The notes under the pieces: generated by a model
The model's input: the letters and a program-made list of their open reading frames with translations, nothing else
The model's database searches: none
What the model was told of the DNA's origin: nothing
Made by a program: the position numbers and the translations under genes
Part shown: positions 28,141-39,778 of the stretch, one piece after another
Position numbering within the stretch: position 1 is the first letter of the stretch
How the letters are laid out: every line of letters begins with the position of its first letter
DNA from: the human T2T-CHM13v2.0 reference genome, Homo sapiens
Reading direction: 5' to 3' (one strand)
DNA: 64,000 bases
Assembly: GCF_009914755.1 (NCBI RefSeq)
Contig: NC_060944.1

Positions 28141-29960
28141 CAAGTATAAGATACCTCTACTCCCTCCTTGGCGACCGATTATGCACCCCTTACCATCTCA
28201 TTAAAACCTAATCACCCTTACCCCACCAAACGCCAATATCCCATCCCGCAGCACGCTTTAAAAAGATTAAAGCCTGTTATCACTCGCCTGCTACAGCATG
28301 GCCTTTTAAAGCCTATAAACTCTCCTTACAATTCCCCCATTTTACCTGTCCTAAAACCAGACAAGCCTTACAAGTTAGTTCAGGATCTGCGCCTTATCGA
28401 CCAAATTGTTTTGCCTATCCACCCCGTGGTGCCAAACCCATATACTCTCCTATCCTCAATACCTGCCTCTACAACCCATTATTCTGTTCTAGATCTCAAA
28501 CATGCTTCTTTACTATTCCTTTGCACCCTTAATCCCAGCCTCTCTTCACTTTCACTTGGACTGACCCTGACACCCATCAAGCTCAGCAAATTACCTAGGC
28601 TGTACTGCCACAAAGCTTCACAGACAGCCCCCATTACTTCAATCAAGCCCAAATTTCTTCCTCATCTGTTACCTATCTCGGCATAATTCTCATAAAAACA
28701 CACGTGCTCTCCCTGCCAATCGTGTCCAACTGATCTCTCAAACCCCAGCACCTTCTACAAGACAACAACTCCTTTCCTTCCTAGGCATGGTTAGCGTGGT
28801 CAGAATTCTTACACAAGAGCCAGGACCACACCGTGTAGCCTTTCTGTCCAAACAACTTGACCTTACTGTTTTAGCCTAGCCCTCATGTCTGCGTGCAGCG
28901 GCTGCCGCTGCTTTAATATTGTTAGAGGCCCTAAAAATCACAAACCATTCTCAACTCACTCTCTACATTTCTCATAACTTCCAAAATCTATTTTCTCCTC
29001 ATACCTGATGCATATACTTTCTGCTTCCCAGCTCCTTCAGCTGTACTCACTCTTTGTTGAGTCTCCCACAATTACCGTTGTTCCCGGCCCAGACTTCAAT
29101 CCGGCCTCCCACATTATTCCTGATACCACACCTGACCTCCATGACTGTCTCTCTCTGATCCACCTGACATTCACCCCATTTCCCCAAATTTCCTGGTTTC
29201 CCGTTCCTCACCCTGATCACGCTTGATTTATTGATGGCGGTTCCACCAGGCCTAATCGCCACACACCAGCAAAGGCAGGTTATGCTATAGTACAAGCCAC
29301 TAGCCCGCCTCTTAGAACCTCTCATTTCCTTTCCATCATGGAAATCTATCCTCAAGGAAATAACTTCTCAGTGTTCCATTTGCTATTCTACTACTCCTCA
29401 GGGATTATTCAGGCCCCCTCCCTTCCCTACACATCAAGCTCGAGGATTTGCCCCACCCAGGACTGGCAAATTAGCTTTACTCAACATGCCCTGAGTCAGG
29501 AAACTAAAATACCTCTTAGTCTAAATAGACACTTTCACTGAATAAGTAAAGGCCTTTCCTACAGGGTCTGAGAAGGCCACCACAGTCATTTCTTCCCTTC
29601 TGTCAGGCATAATTCCTCAGTTTAGCCTTCCCACCTCTATACAGTCTGGTAACAGACCAGCCTTTATTAGTCAAATCAGCCGAGCAGTTTTTCAGGCTCT
29701 TAGTATTCAGTGAAACCTTTATATCCCTTATGGTCCTCCGTCTTCAAGAAAAGTAGAACGGACTAAAGGTCTTTTAAAAACACACCTCACCAAGCTCAGC
29801 CACCAACTTAAAAAGGACTGGACAATACTTTTACCACTTTTGCTTCTCAGAATTCAGGCCTGTCCTCAGAATGCTACAAGGTACATCCCGTTTAAGCTCC
29901 TGTATAGACGCTCCTTTTTATTAGGCCCCGGTCTCATTCCAGACACCAGACCAACTTAGA
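28141..29960 (+). pseudogene. pol: HERV-H pol (RT, RNase H, integrase remnants) with deletions, frameshifts and stops
   Basis: RT: PYNSPILPVLKP, LVQDLR, VLDLKHA, LPQSFTDSP, no YXDD visible; RNase H: *FIDGGS...AGYAIV; IN: DWQISFT, YLLV*IDTFTE*VKAFP, IQSGNRPAF, KVERT. Confidence 0.93.
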
Positions 29961-30530
29961 CTGTGCCCCCCAAAAAAACTTGTCATCCCTACTATCTTCT
30001 GTCTAGTCATACTCCTATTCACCATTCTCAACTACCCATACATGCCCTGCTCTTGTTTACACTGCCAGTTTACACTGTTTTTCCAAGCCATCACAGCTGA
30101 TATCTCCTGGTGCTATCCCCAAACTGCCACTCTTAACTCTTGAAGTAAATAAATAATCTTTGCTGGCAGAACTATGCTGAATCTCCTTAGGCACTCCCTA
30201 ATCAGATATCCTGAGTCATCCCAATTCTTAGACCTTTTACACCTGTTTTTCTCCTTCTGTTATTCCATTTAGTTTCTCAATTCATCCAAAACCGTATCCA
30301 GGCCATCACCTATCATTCTATACGACAAACGTTTCTTCTAACATCCCCACAATATCACCCCTTGCCACAAGACCTCCCTTCAGCTTAATCTCTCCCACTC
30401 TAGGTTCCCACGCCGCCCCTAATCCCGCTTGAAGCAGCCCTGAGAAACATCGCCCATTCTCTCTCCATACCACCCCCCAAAAATTTTCGCCGCCCCAACA
30501 TTTCAACACCATTTTGTTTTATTTTTCTTA
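29961..30530 (+). pseudogene. env: HERV-H env remnant (mostly deleted)
   Basis: Only about 0.55 kb lies between the integrase end and the PPT; resembles fused env 5' and TM-tail fragments; boundaries approximate. Confidence 0.7.
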
Positions 30531-30537
30531 TTAATAT

Positions 30538-30550
30538 AAGAAGGCAGGAA
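30538..30550 (+). other. Polypurine tract
   Basis: AAGAAGGCAGGAA immediately before the 3' LTR. Confidence 0.9.
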
Positions 30551-31006
30551 TGTCAGGCCTCTGAGCCCAAGCCAAGCCATCGCATCCCCTGTGACTTGCA
30601 CGCATATATAAGCCCAGATGGCCTGAAGTAACTGAAGAATCACAAAAGAAGTGAATATGCCCTGCCCCACCTTAACTGATGACATTCCACCACAAAAGAA
30701 GTGTAAATGGCCGGTCCTTGCCTTAACTGATGACATTACCTTGTGAAAGTCCTTTGCCTGGCTCATCCTGGCTCAAAAAGCACCCCCACTGAGCACCTTG
30801 CAACCCCACTCCTGCCCGCCAGAGAACAAACCCCCTTTGACTGTAATTTTCCTTTACCTACCCAAATCCTATAAAACGGCCCCACCCTTATCTCCCTTCA
30901 CTGACTCTCTTTTCGGACTCAGCCTGCCTGCACCCAGGTGAAATAAACAGCCATGTTGCTCACACAAAGCCTGTTTGGTGGTCTTTTCACACGGACGCAC
31001 ATGAAA
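30551..31006 (+). promoter_or_regulatory. 3' LTR7 of HERV-H with polyA signal
   Basis: Differs from the 5' LTR by about 15 substitutions and 1 indel by manual count; AATAAA 30942-30947. Confidence 0.96.
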
Positions 31007-31011
31007 GTATC

Positions 31012-31354
31012 TGTATGAGTCAGATTTCATGCTGCTGATAAAGACATACCCGAGACTGGGAAGAAAAAGAGGTTTAGTTGGACTTACAGTTCCACATGGC
31101 TGGGGAGGTCTCAGAATCATGGCAGGAGGCAAAAGGCACTTCTTACATGGTGGCAGCAAGAGAAAATGAGGAAGAAGCAAAAGCAGAAACCCCTGATAAA
31201 CCCATCAGATCTCCTGAGCTTTATTCACTATCACAGGAATGACCGGCCCCCATGATTCAATTACCTCCCCCTGGTTCCCTCCCACAACACGTGGGAATTC
31301 TGGGAGATACAATTCAAGTTGAGATTCGGGTGGAGATCCAGCCAAACCATATCA
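31012..31354 (-). mobile_element. THE1A-like MaLR solo LTR
   Basis: Reverse complement runs TGATATGGTTTGGCT...GACTCATACA; flanks GTATC / TTATC (4/5 TSD match). Confidence 0.92.
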
Positions 31355-34300
31355 TTATCTTAATTGACATCAGTGTCCCGGTGGTCTTCTGCCAGTGAAT
31401 GATACCTACTATTACTAAAGTATGTCCCTCAAAGATGAGTGCCATAGCAAAAGACCTTTGTAAAATAAAAAAAAAAAAAAAACTGCTCTCCTACGGGAGC
31501 TGAACAGAAGTCTACAAAATAGGCTGGGGCTCACCCTGACCTTCCTTTAACTACCACAAATCACTCCTCTTTGCTGAGTAACTTACCATTGCCTCTCAAT
31601 TTTGTTTCATTTCAGGCATTACACCTAAAAGTAATTTGAGCACCTTGAGCTTAGAGCCTACCTTGGCTAATGTGAAACACTCCAGCTGTGCTAAGATGGT
31701 CCTCAATAGTCAACAAGCACTTCTGAAAGTCTGGTAGGTGTGTGCATTTGAATGAATCCTCAGTCTTCTCTAATTCTGTCTGGAAGGATTCATTAAAGGC
31801 CTTTCTCATGTCTTGATTAATTGCCCTTCAAGGATAAATTTTCACGACATATAGAAGCCGTTTTTATCTACAGCATCAATTTTTCTGCTATAAATGAGCA
31901 AAATGAGTGTCCCATCTCTGGACATACCTGGTTATGCAAGAACTTAACATCCCCTGATGCTTTGTGAAAAGAACATTTAAGATCTTTTGCCCATGTAAAA
32001 TGGAATCCATCTATTAAAATTGTACCTTGAATTGCTAAGTTTGAAAAGATCATACAATATCTCATCTTTGGTTTTTGAACTGCAGAAAGTTAATCTGAAA
32101 TAGTTCAATTTGGGTAGTAGAATTTCCAAAAGCTGCCCAAAAGACAAAATCTATTTGAAAAAAGAAAAAAAACCAGCAAAGTGGGAACAGGTTAAGTTGT
32201 CTTTCCTTTCCTTTGGTCAGTATCATTCAGTTTGGATTATAATCCATGATTTCTGAAATATAACCCACTTCATTTGCCCTTAAAGACTAAGACCTCTATT
32301 AAAAGCAGAGCATTTCTTGTCATTCTTTCCATTGTATTGACCACTGAGCGATTCATTAACAATTGATCTGCATCTCCTTAAAGGAAAAAAAAAACCAGGT
32401 CAATAGGAAGTCAATCTGTTGAGAAGGAATAGAGGAAATATGTGATGCAGCAAGGCACATCTGTAATAAGACTGGAGGGATGTAGGCAATGGAGAGAACA
32501 GTGACATGGCCCCTACAAAAATCCAATTTCTGAAGTCAGACAAACAGACTAAACTAGAGTTTAACACAGACAAACCTTTATGCTAGAAAAGTTTATTTGC
32601 CACCTATTCCTGATTTAGCCATTGTGATTTCTCTTTTGCACAGTGTTTTGAATGGAAATTCACAGGTTACAATGTTAAGAAGTTACTAAAGAACAATTGA
32701 GGACAACATAACTGAAAATGGGGTGGTAAAAAGAACTGTTAAACTATTTCTTTGAGCCTTAGTAAACCATTTCCCACAATTATTCTAAATTCAAATTGGT
32801 CACTGATGACAAATAAGCAATACTTTCAAACAAGTTTTGTTCTCCTGTCTAAAACTCTATTTAACATTTGAGATAGTCATTAGCTAAAATAGATTCTCTG
32901 ACTCAAGGCAACATTACCTTCTGCTAGCCTTGGCATTAGAGTGGTTGGAAGAAGGAGGCTTCATGTTCTGCAGTTGTCAGAAGAAAACAAACCACTTAAA
33001 TTTATAACAAGTTACCAGCTAGAATCTGTTGTAATAATCACAGTCTTTTGTGAAAATCAATGAAGTGCATGGCATTTTAATTCACTATCTCTGATCCTCA
33101 AGGCAACCAAGCAAGTTGGTATTATGATTACTCTGTCTTAGATAGAAATCAAGGTTCAAAGAAGTTACATGTGCCCCACATCGAATAGCTCATAAATCCT
33201 AAAGTTAATATTGGAAGTCAAGTCTTACTATTTCAAAACTCATGCTCAATCTACTGCTAACCTGTAGTCGTCTAGCTTTAATTTATAATATACAATAAAA
33301 CCTTACCTGGAACTCTAATAAGTAAACCAGATAAAATAAAAGAGGCTCTGGTTGAATTGGGAGGAGAAAGCCTGGAGCTTGACTACTTAGATTCCTTCCC
33401 CTTTTCCCAACCCTCTCTGTAGCAGCCCCCAGTGCTCTGCTCTGTAGCACTGGGGGTGGCTACAGAGAGGCTCTGTAGGAAACCCTATAGTTGGCCTTCT
33501 GTTGGGGCTCTTCCCAGCAACATCTTGCTCCATAAACACAAGCACCTGTATGCATATCAGGGGTCAGTCACAAACTCGGATGCTTACAGGTGCCCCAAAC
33601 ACAATCCTGCTGCACCTTTGGAGTGATGGAAGTTTCTTTTCATTCCCTAGCCATGAGTTTTAAAGTTATTGGTCTCTCAACCAATGGGGTTTTTTTAATT
33701 GAATTTTAATTTCTGAATCCAAATTCCAAACTCAGAATACTGAGGAATGATATTAATAGAAGGCCATGGAAACATACGATAGTCAATAAAAAGAGAAAGA
33801 TCTCATTTAATAAACATGGTACATAACCTATAAACTTGACATTCTGCATTTTTGTATACTGCAAACCCATATACAGTATATGTGCTATGTGTATTTCAAA
33901 GTATAGTATGCATGTACCCAAACGTAAACAGTCAAATTAAATTCCTCTAATATTTCTGTATGTATTAAATGATTTTTTGTAAAAAAAAAAAAAAAAAAAA
34001 AAGAAACTATCTGCTAAGAAATTCTCCCCTGACAATGCTACTCAGGGCAGAATGATGTTATTTTAAATTCTTCTCTCATTAAAAGAAAAAAGAGTTTGCT
34101 TCTTCAGAGTTTGTGTGTATTTATACCAGAGCTTAACTGGCATTTTCATTGTGGTGTTTATGAATCGTGATGCAGTTCCACTGCAGCTCCTGACACACTC
34201 ATTAATTTGTTCCCAGCGGCAGTTCATTACGAACATCACAAGCAAAACATGCGCTCTCCCTGGGCATTGAAGGTCCACCGGAAATTAAGCAGACGGGGCT

Positions 34301-35539
34301 GCAAAGCACCTCAGAGTGAAGCCAGCCAGCTTCATCTGCTGCAGCAGGCTGGAGGCAACCACAAGGAGCGGCAGGAATGAAAGGCTTCAGCGCCTTCCCT
34401 GGTGTCTCTGTGCCTTCTGAGTTTTCAGCTGACATGGAGCAGTGATTCCCTGAAAAGGATGGGATCTTGCTCCCTCAAAGATCAGCCTTCTTTGATGAGC
34501 CTGCTCCAGGTGGAGTGGAGCAACCACTTTAGCCTTTTAGTGCAGAGAAGACTTAGGAAGTTTCATTTTCCTTGACTGGGGTTCTGCTTTCTGTACTGAC
34601 CCTTCCTGGTCAGTGGGGAGCTCGGAGCTCTGAGTTGGAGCACCTTACCAAAATCTTCTCTGAGTGGGGTTAAGTAAGCCAGCAGACTCTGCAAGAACAG
34701 AGCCTTGCTGAATTTAGCTTTCCAGAAAGCCCTATTTTAAGGGAACTCAGTATTTCAGCAAGATGCTGGATTAGGGGGAGAAAACAAGTAGTCTGTTAAT
34801 TCTTTGTTGTTGTCAGCAGCCTTGCAGGTTCCTGGACCATGACACATCAGCACAGTCCTAAGTAACAGAAGACTCAGGTCCTCACCATGACCTCAAACAG
34901 CATGATCTCTGTGAATCTCAGTACATCATTCTGAGCTTCACTTTCCTTGTTCACACCATATAGCTATTTATATCTGCTCCACATGATGGGCAAGGTCACT
35001 GGGAAGTGTAGATTATATAAGGCATGGGAATGGCTTCACAGGTTCATGTGGGACATCACATGGTGAGGCACAGAGATCAGAAGGTTTGGGTTCAAATCAG
35101 CTCTGCCGAGCTGGAGAAACCATGTTAGTACTTGACCCTGGTGTTTCAAACTCAAAATCAGAATAAGATTAGGGATAGGAAAAAGACCACACGAGATACT
35201 TCTGAGTTTTAAATGATTTATTTGAATGAGGTCAACTTTCGTTCACTTCTAAAGGAAGATAGAAGTGTGAGTTTTGTAATTAGCCTAGAGAACCGGGGGA
35301 GCAAGACCCTACTGAACAAGCCTCCTCCAGAGCTCGCCCCAAAGTCTGGAGTGCAAAATGTCCACCTCGTTATGATTAATGAAGCCTCTGGATATAGATC
35401 AGAAGACTAGAAATGTCTGTGAAAGGAGCTCTTCCAGGGGCTCAGCCAAAACCAGGAGAATTGCCCTCGACTCCTCTCTTTCCTTGTTTCTAAGCCATCG
35501 GCAATTTTGCTCAGCTCCATCGTCAGGAAGTCCCAAATC

Positions 35540-36320
35540 AGACCACTGCTCCCTGATTCCACAGCTTCCGTCCTGGTCCAGGCTCCATAATCTCCCCCTG
35601 AACCTCTGAAAGAGCCTCTTAAGCAGACTCCTGCTGCTCCCCACCCTTGCTTCTCTTGTCTGTTTCTTCAAGCAGCCAAAGGGATCCCTGTTAAAATATT
35701 AAGTGCAATCTCATCAGCCTCTGTTCAAAACCCTCAGATGGCTTTAAGCAGAGTAAAATCCATAATTCTCACCACAGCCAGGGGGACCTTGGTGACCTCA
35801 TTCCTCCATGAGGGTATCTCCCTCCACTCTCCTCATCCCGTTTTCTGTTCCAGATGCACTGACCATCTAGTCCTACCTGGGAACATGAACACCAGGAATG
35901 CTGCTGCCTGGGAAGACTTTCACTTTCTGTTCTTTCTGCCTGAAACACTCCTTCCTGGGAATCCACATTAATCCATATTCTTTCTTTGCTAGAGTCTGAC
36001 TGAAATATCATCTGTGCAGAGAGGCCTATCTTACCACCCTATTTTAAATAATACATGTATGTGTACGCACACCCATGTGTATGCACTCTCCATCTCCTTA
36101 CTTGCTTTATTTTTCTTTATTCACTCATCATCTTCTTCTATACATCCATTCATTTACTCTTCTATCGTCTGTTTTATACTCCTGCCCTTGATTAGAATAT
36201 AAATTTCCTAAGAGTACAGACTTGGTCTGTTTGATTCACTCTTCCAGTGCCCAAAATAGTGTCTGACACATATCAATTATTTAATAATTATTTGCAGATA
36301 TGACAGCATGAATGAATTAG
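35540..36320 (+). mobile_element. L2 3' region
   Basis: Pyrimidine-rich L2 body ending AGTGTCTGACACATA...ATGAATGAAT. Confidence 0.75.
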
Positions 36321-36879
36321 ATCAGATAATCTAAGAACTGTTTTGCAGTCATCACAGGGCACTGTAATAAAGCCATTAGAAAAATAATTAATTGAGCTTG
36401 ATGATGTAGCAGGTAGTCATGACTGTAGCTGGCAGGTCCCAGAAGATAGTCACATTAACTATGTTGTCATGAGAACAAGCCTAGGTTGTAAGGCTAAATC
36501 TTCTATGATGTTGTAGAGAGGCAACCTCCCCCACAGCAGGAAAAGCCACCCCCTTAATATTCATTATGAAGCAAAGAGACTAAGTGAATAATTTACATGC
36601 TACCTGTGTTCTCCTCCATGCTAGCCCTGATATATTTTCAATATTCCATTCCTCTTGCTCCCTCAGCTCTGTTTCAGGCAGCAATTTCATGCCACGCAGA
36701 ATATGAATCTAACAGGTGAATTTCCATCCAGGGTCCAATTCTCTTACTACTGATGTGGAGAAAACCATAAACAAAGCCACAGTAAAGCCTCCTTTTTGAG
36801 GCTGAGTAAAGCCAGATGAAAGGCAAGAGAGACTCAGCAAAACATATTTAGGAGATGGGAAAATAAATAAATTCCTTTA

Positions 36880-37800
36880 AAAGTTGCATAATGTTCAATA
36901 GCATGTATCCACTGTTACGTATTCAATCTTTACCTTGTTGATGCATTTTCCAGCTTACTTTTCATTTTCTTCCTCGGCAAAGCTGCAATAAACATTCTCC
37001 TATATATATCATTACCTTCTTGTGTTTTGATTTCTGTAGGCAACATTCCGTAAAGTGGGATGGCATGGACAAAGGGTATCAATATATTTAATTTTAAGCC
37101 ATATTTCTAGGTAATTTTCCCAAATGGGTTAGCAACTTACTCTCCCACCAGAAATGTATGGCAGTGGCTCCTTGCCTTGCTACACTCCCCCTACAAGAAA
37201 AGCTAATCTCATCCCATTGGATTGTAATTATGATGACTGAAAAAATGGTAATTCATTTGTAATTTGCAATTTCCTGCATATGGTTAAGCATCTTATTGGA
37301 CTCATGTATATTATTTTTAATTTTAACAATTGAAGGAGTTATTTGAACAGCAGTACCAGTAACCTTTATCATGTCATTTCTGTTGTAGTTATGTTAACAA
37401 TCTATACGGTTTACATTTCCACTTTACTAATGATACATTCGACATATTACTTTGGTATTTAGATAGTCAAATATTTCCATTTCGTGATGGTTTCTGAGAT
37501 TCCTGCCCTGGTTAAGAATGCCCCATGACCTCAAGGTTATGAAAGTATTCCCCTGTAATTTGTTCCAAGATTATTATTTTTGTTTTTATTTAGGTCTTTT
37601 ATCTATCTGAAATTTACATATGTATGTGGAGTGAGGAAAGGACCTCATGTTTTCTTCCATATAGGTAGCAATTATTTCAGCATGGTATTATTTCTTCCAT
37701 ATACGTAGCAATTATTTCAGCAATCATTTCAGCATATAGACAGGAAACTATTCTGAGTAAAAATGCACTCTTGGTCAAATAATAAATTCCCTATACACCT
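36880..37800 (-). mobile_element. Old L1ME fragment
   Basis: ACTTACTCTCCCACCAGAAATGTATG, AAAGTGGGATGGCATGGACAAAGGGTAT. Confidence 0.6.
37651..37734 (+). repeat. Local 40-bp-period duplication
   Basis: TTTCTTCCATATA(G/C)GTAGCAATTATTTCAGCA at 37651 and 37691, plus a partial third copy. Confidence 0.85.
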
Positions 37801-38120
37801 GGATGTAATTTTCCAAGTGCTCTGACAGAAGCAGCTTCCCAGAGAGCCATTAAGATTACCTGAAATAAAATGTAATTTGCTGGCAGAATCTGACCAGATG
37901 GTGGTCCATACACTTTGTCAAACTTCTAAGCAGAAAGTTCTCCATCTTAGCTTTAATGTAATCCAGGATCCTTGATCAGACACACCCATTGGGCCCACAC
38001 TATGCATCAGAAACTTTTCTAAATACTTTTTACAGATTACTTCTTTTATGCCTTAAATAAATCCTATAAGGCAAGTATTACTTTTATCCCCATTTTCTGT
38101 ATTTTAAGTACAGAAAATTA

Positions 38121-38445
38121 GGCCAAGGCTGGATGGCTTGTGCCTGTAATCCCAGCACTTTGAGAGGCTGAAGTGGGTGGATCACTTGAGATAGGAGTTC
38201 GAGACCAGCCTGGCCAACATGGTGAAACCCCGTCCTTACTAAAAACACAAAAATTAGCTGGATGTGGTGGGGTGTGACTGTAGTCCCAGCTACTCAGGAG
38301 GCAGAGGTGGAGGTGAGACAATCGCTTGAACCTCGGAGGCGGAGGTTGCAGTGAGTGCAGTGAGCCAAATGGCACCACTGCACTCCAGCCTGGGAGACAG
38401 AGTGAGATTCCATCTAAAACAACAACAACAACAACAACAACAAAC
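38121..38445 (+). mobile_element. AluS with (AAC)n tail
   Basis: Full dimer inserted in a MIR-like remnant. Confidence 0.92.
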
Positions 38446-39419
38446 TTAACAAACTTAAAATTAGTTGCCTAAGATCACAAAACATGGTCAATGTTGGGGC
38501 TGAGATTTATAGCTTCCAGTGTAACCAGGGTGACCCCAGGAGCTGGATTCTGTTGAGGATGCTTTTTTGTTTTTGTATCTTAAACATTCCACTTATCACA
38601 ACACAGAAGGTACACAGATAGACCTGGAAAAAAACACTTTTTATACTATAGAATCTTATTAGAAAATAATGACTTGAAATGAGTTTGCTTCTTGAAAACC
38701 TTGAGTAATTTCAAAATAGTGTAATTTCAGTAACTGCAAAGGAACAGCTCTAATGAGTTCTGCTCCAGAATCTTCTTCTCACCAGGAAATGATTGAAGAC
38801 AAGGAGATAACCTCTCATTAAATCCTTATTAACTATTTTAATCAGGATTACATCACTGTCTCACTCCAAGCACGGACAATTGCCAGCAGGCTATGGCGCT
38901 GAAATTTATTAAACTGACAAGGTGGAAAGGTCTGGACAGCCGGAGGGGTCGTCTCTGTGCCCCGGGGAGTCTCATTTGGTGAAGATCTGACTCCCTCATT
39001 TCTCAATAGCGATCTACACTTTTGGTTTCTTGCCACGCGTCCCTCAAAAGCCCAGCAGAAATGGCTTCCATCAATGAGTTCTCAAATGTCTGCGCTGTGG
39101 CTGGGAGCTGAAAGCCTTATAGGGAGGGAAGGCCTGCTGATCCAAGCAAGCAGTCAATCAGCTCCTACAATGGGATGGAGCCCCCACGCAGCATGGCACA
39201 TGGAGTCTTCCCCACTTCCCAAGGTCACAGAGGATTCAGCCTGTTCAGGCCCATCACTCTGCCAGAGGGACTGACTTTCCCCCACCGCCTCAAGGTTCAG
39301 GGAACCTGCGGCATATCTGTAGGGGAGTCCATCCCACCCCAGTGACAATCGCCAAGCCCTGCAACTTGAGAGTCCTCTGTAGTGAACATTACAGCTTTCA
39401 CTCTACTTAAGAGCTCTAG

Positions 39420-39778
<359 letters not shown>

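Larger units (their letters stand above)
25193..31006 (+). mobile_element. HERV-H provirus, 5.8-kb internally deleted (RTVL-H2-like) form with two LTR7-type LTRs
   Basis: Direct-repeat LTRs TGTCAGGCC...CATGAAA at both ends; identical flanking 5-mer GTATC (25188-25192 and 31007-31011); tRNA-His PBS; PPT; gag, pro, pol and env remnants in order. Confidence 0.98.

Noticed and set aside
27791-28686. 137-aa and 172-aa ORFs as functional protease and RT
   Set aside because: Catalytic protease Asp lost (NTE), RT frameshifted after LDLKHA with no YXDD visible, and non-ATG starts; recorded as pseudogene fragments
24265-30766. Three near-identical minus-strand ORFs (MSQEKDFHKVMSS...) as a repeated gene family
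   Set aside because: They are antisense readings of the three LTR7 copies
25193-31006. Naming the locus as a specific HERV-H lncRNA gene (ESRG, LINC-ROR, etc.)
   Set aside because: The flanking sequence is not recognisable to me; a BLAT of the unique flanks is required
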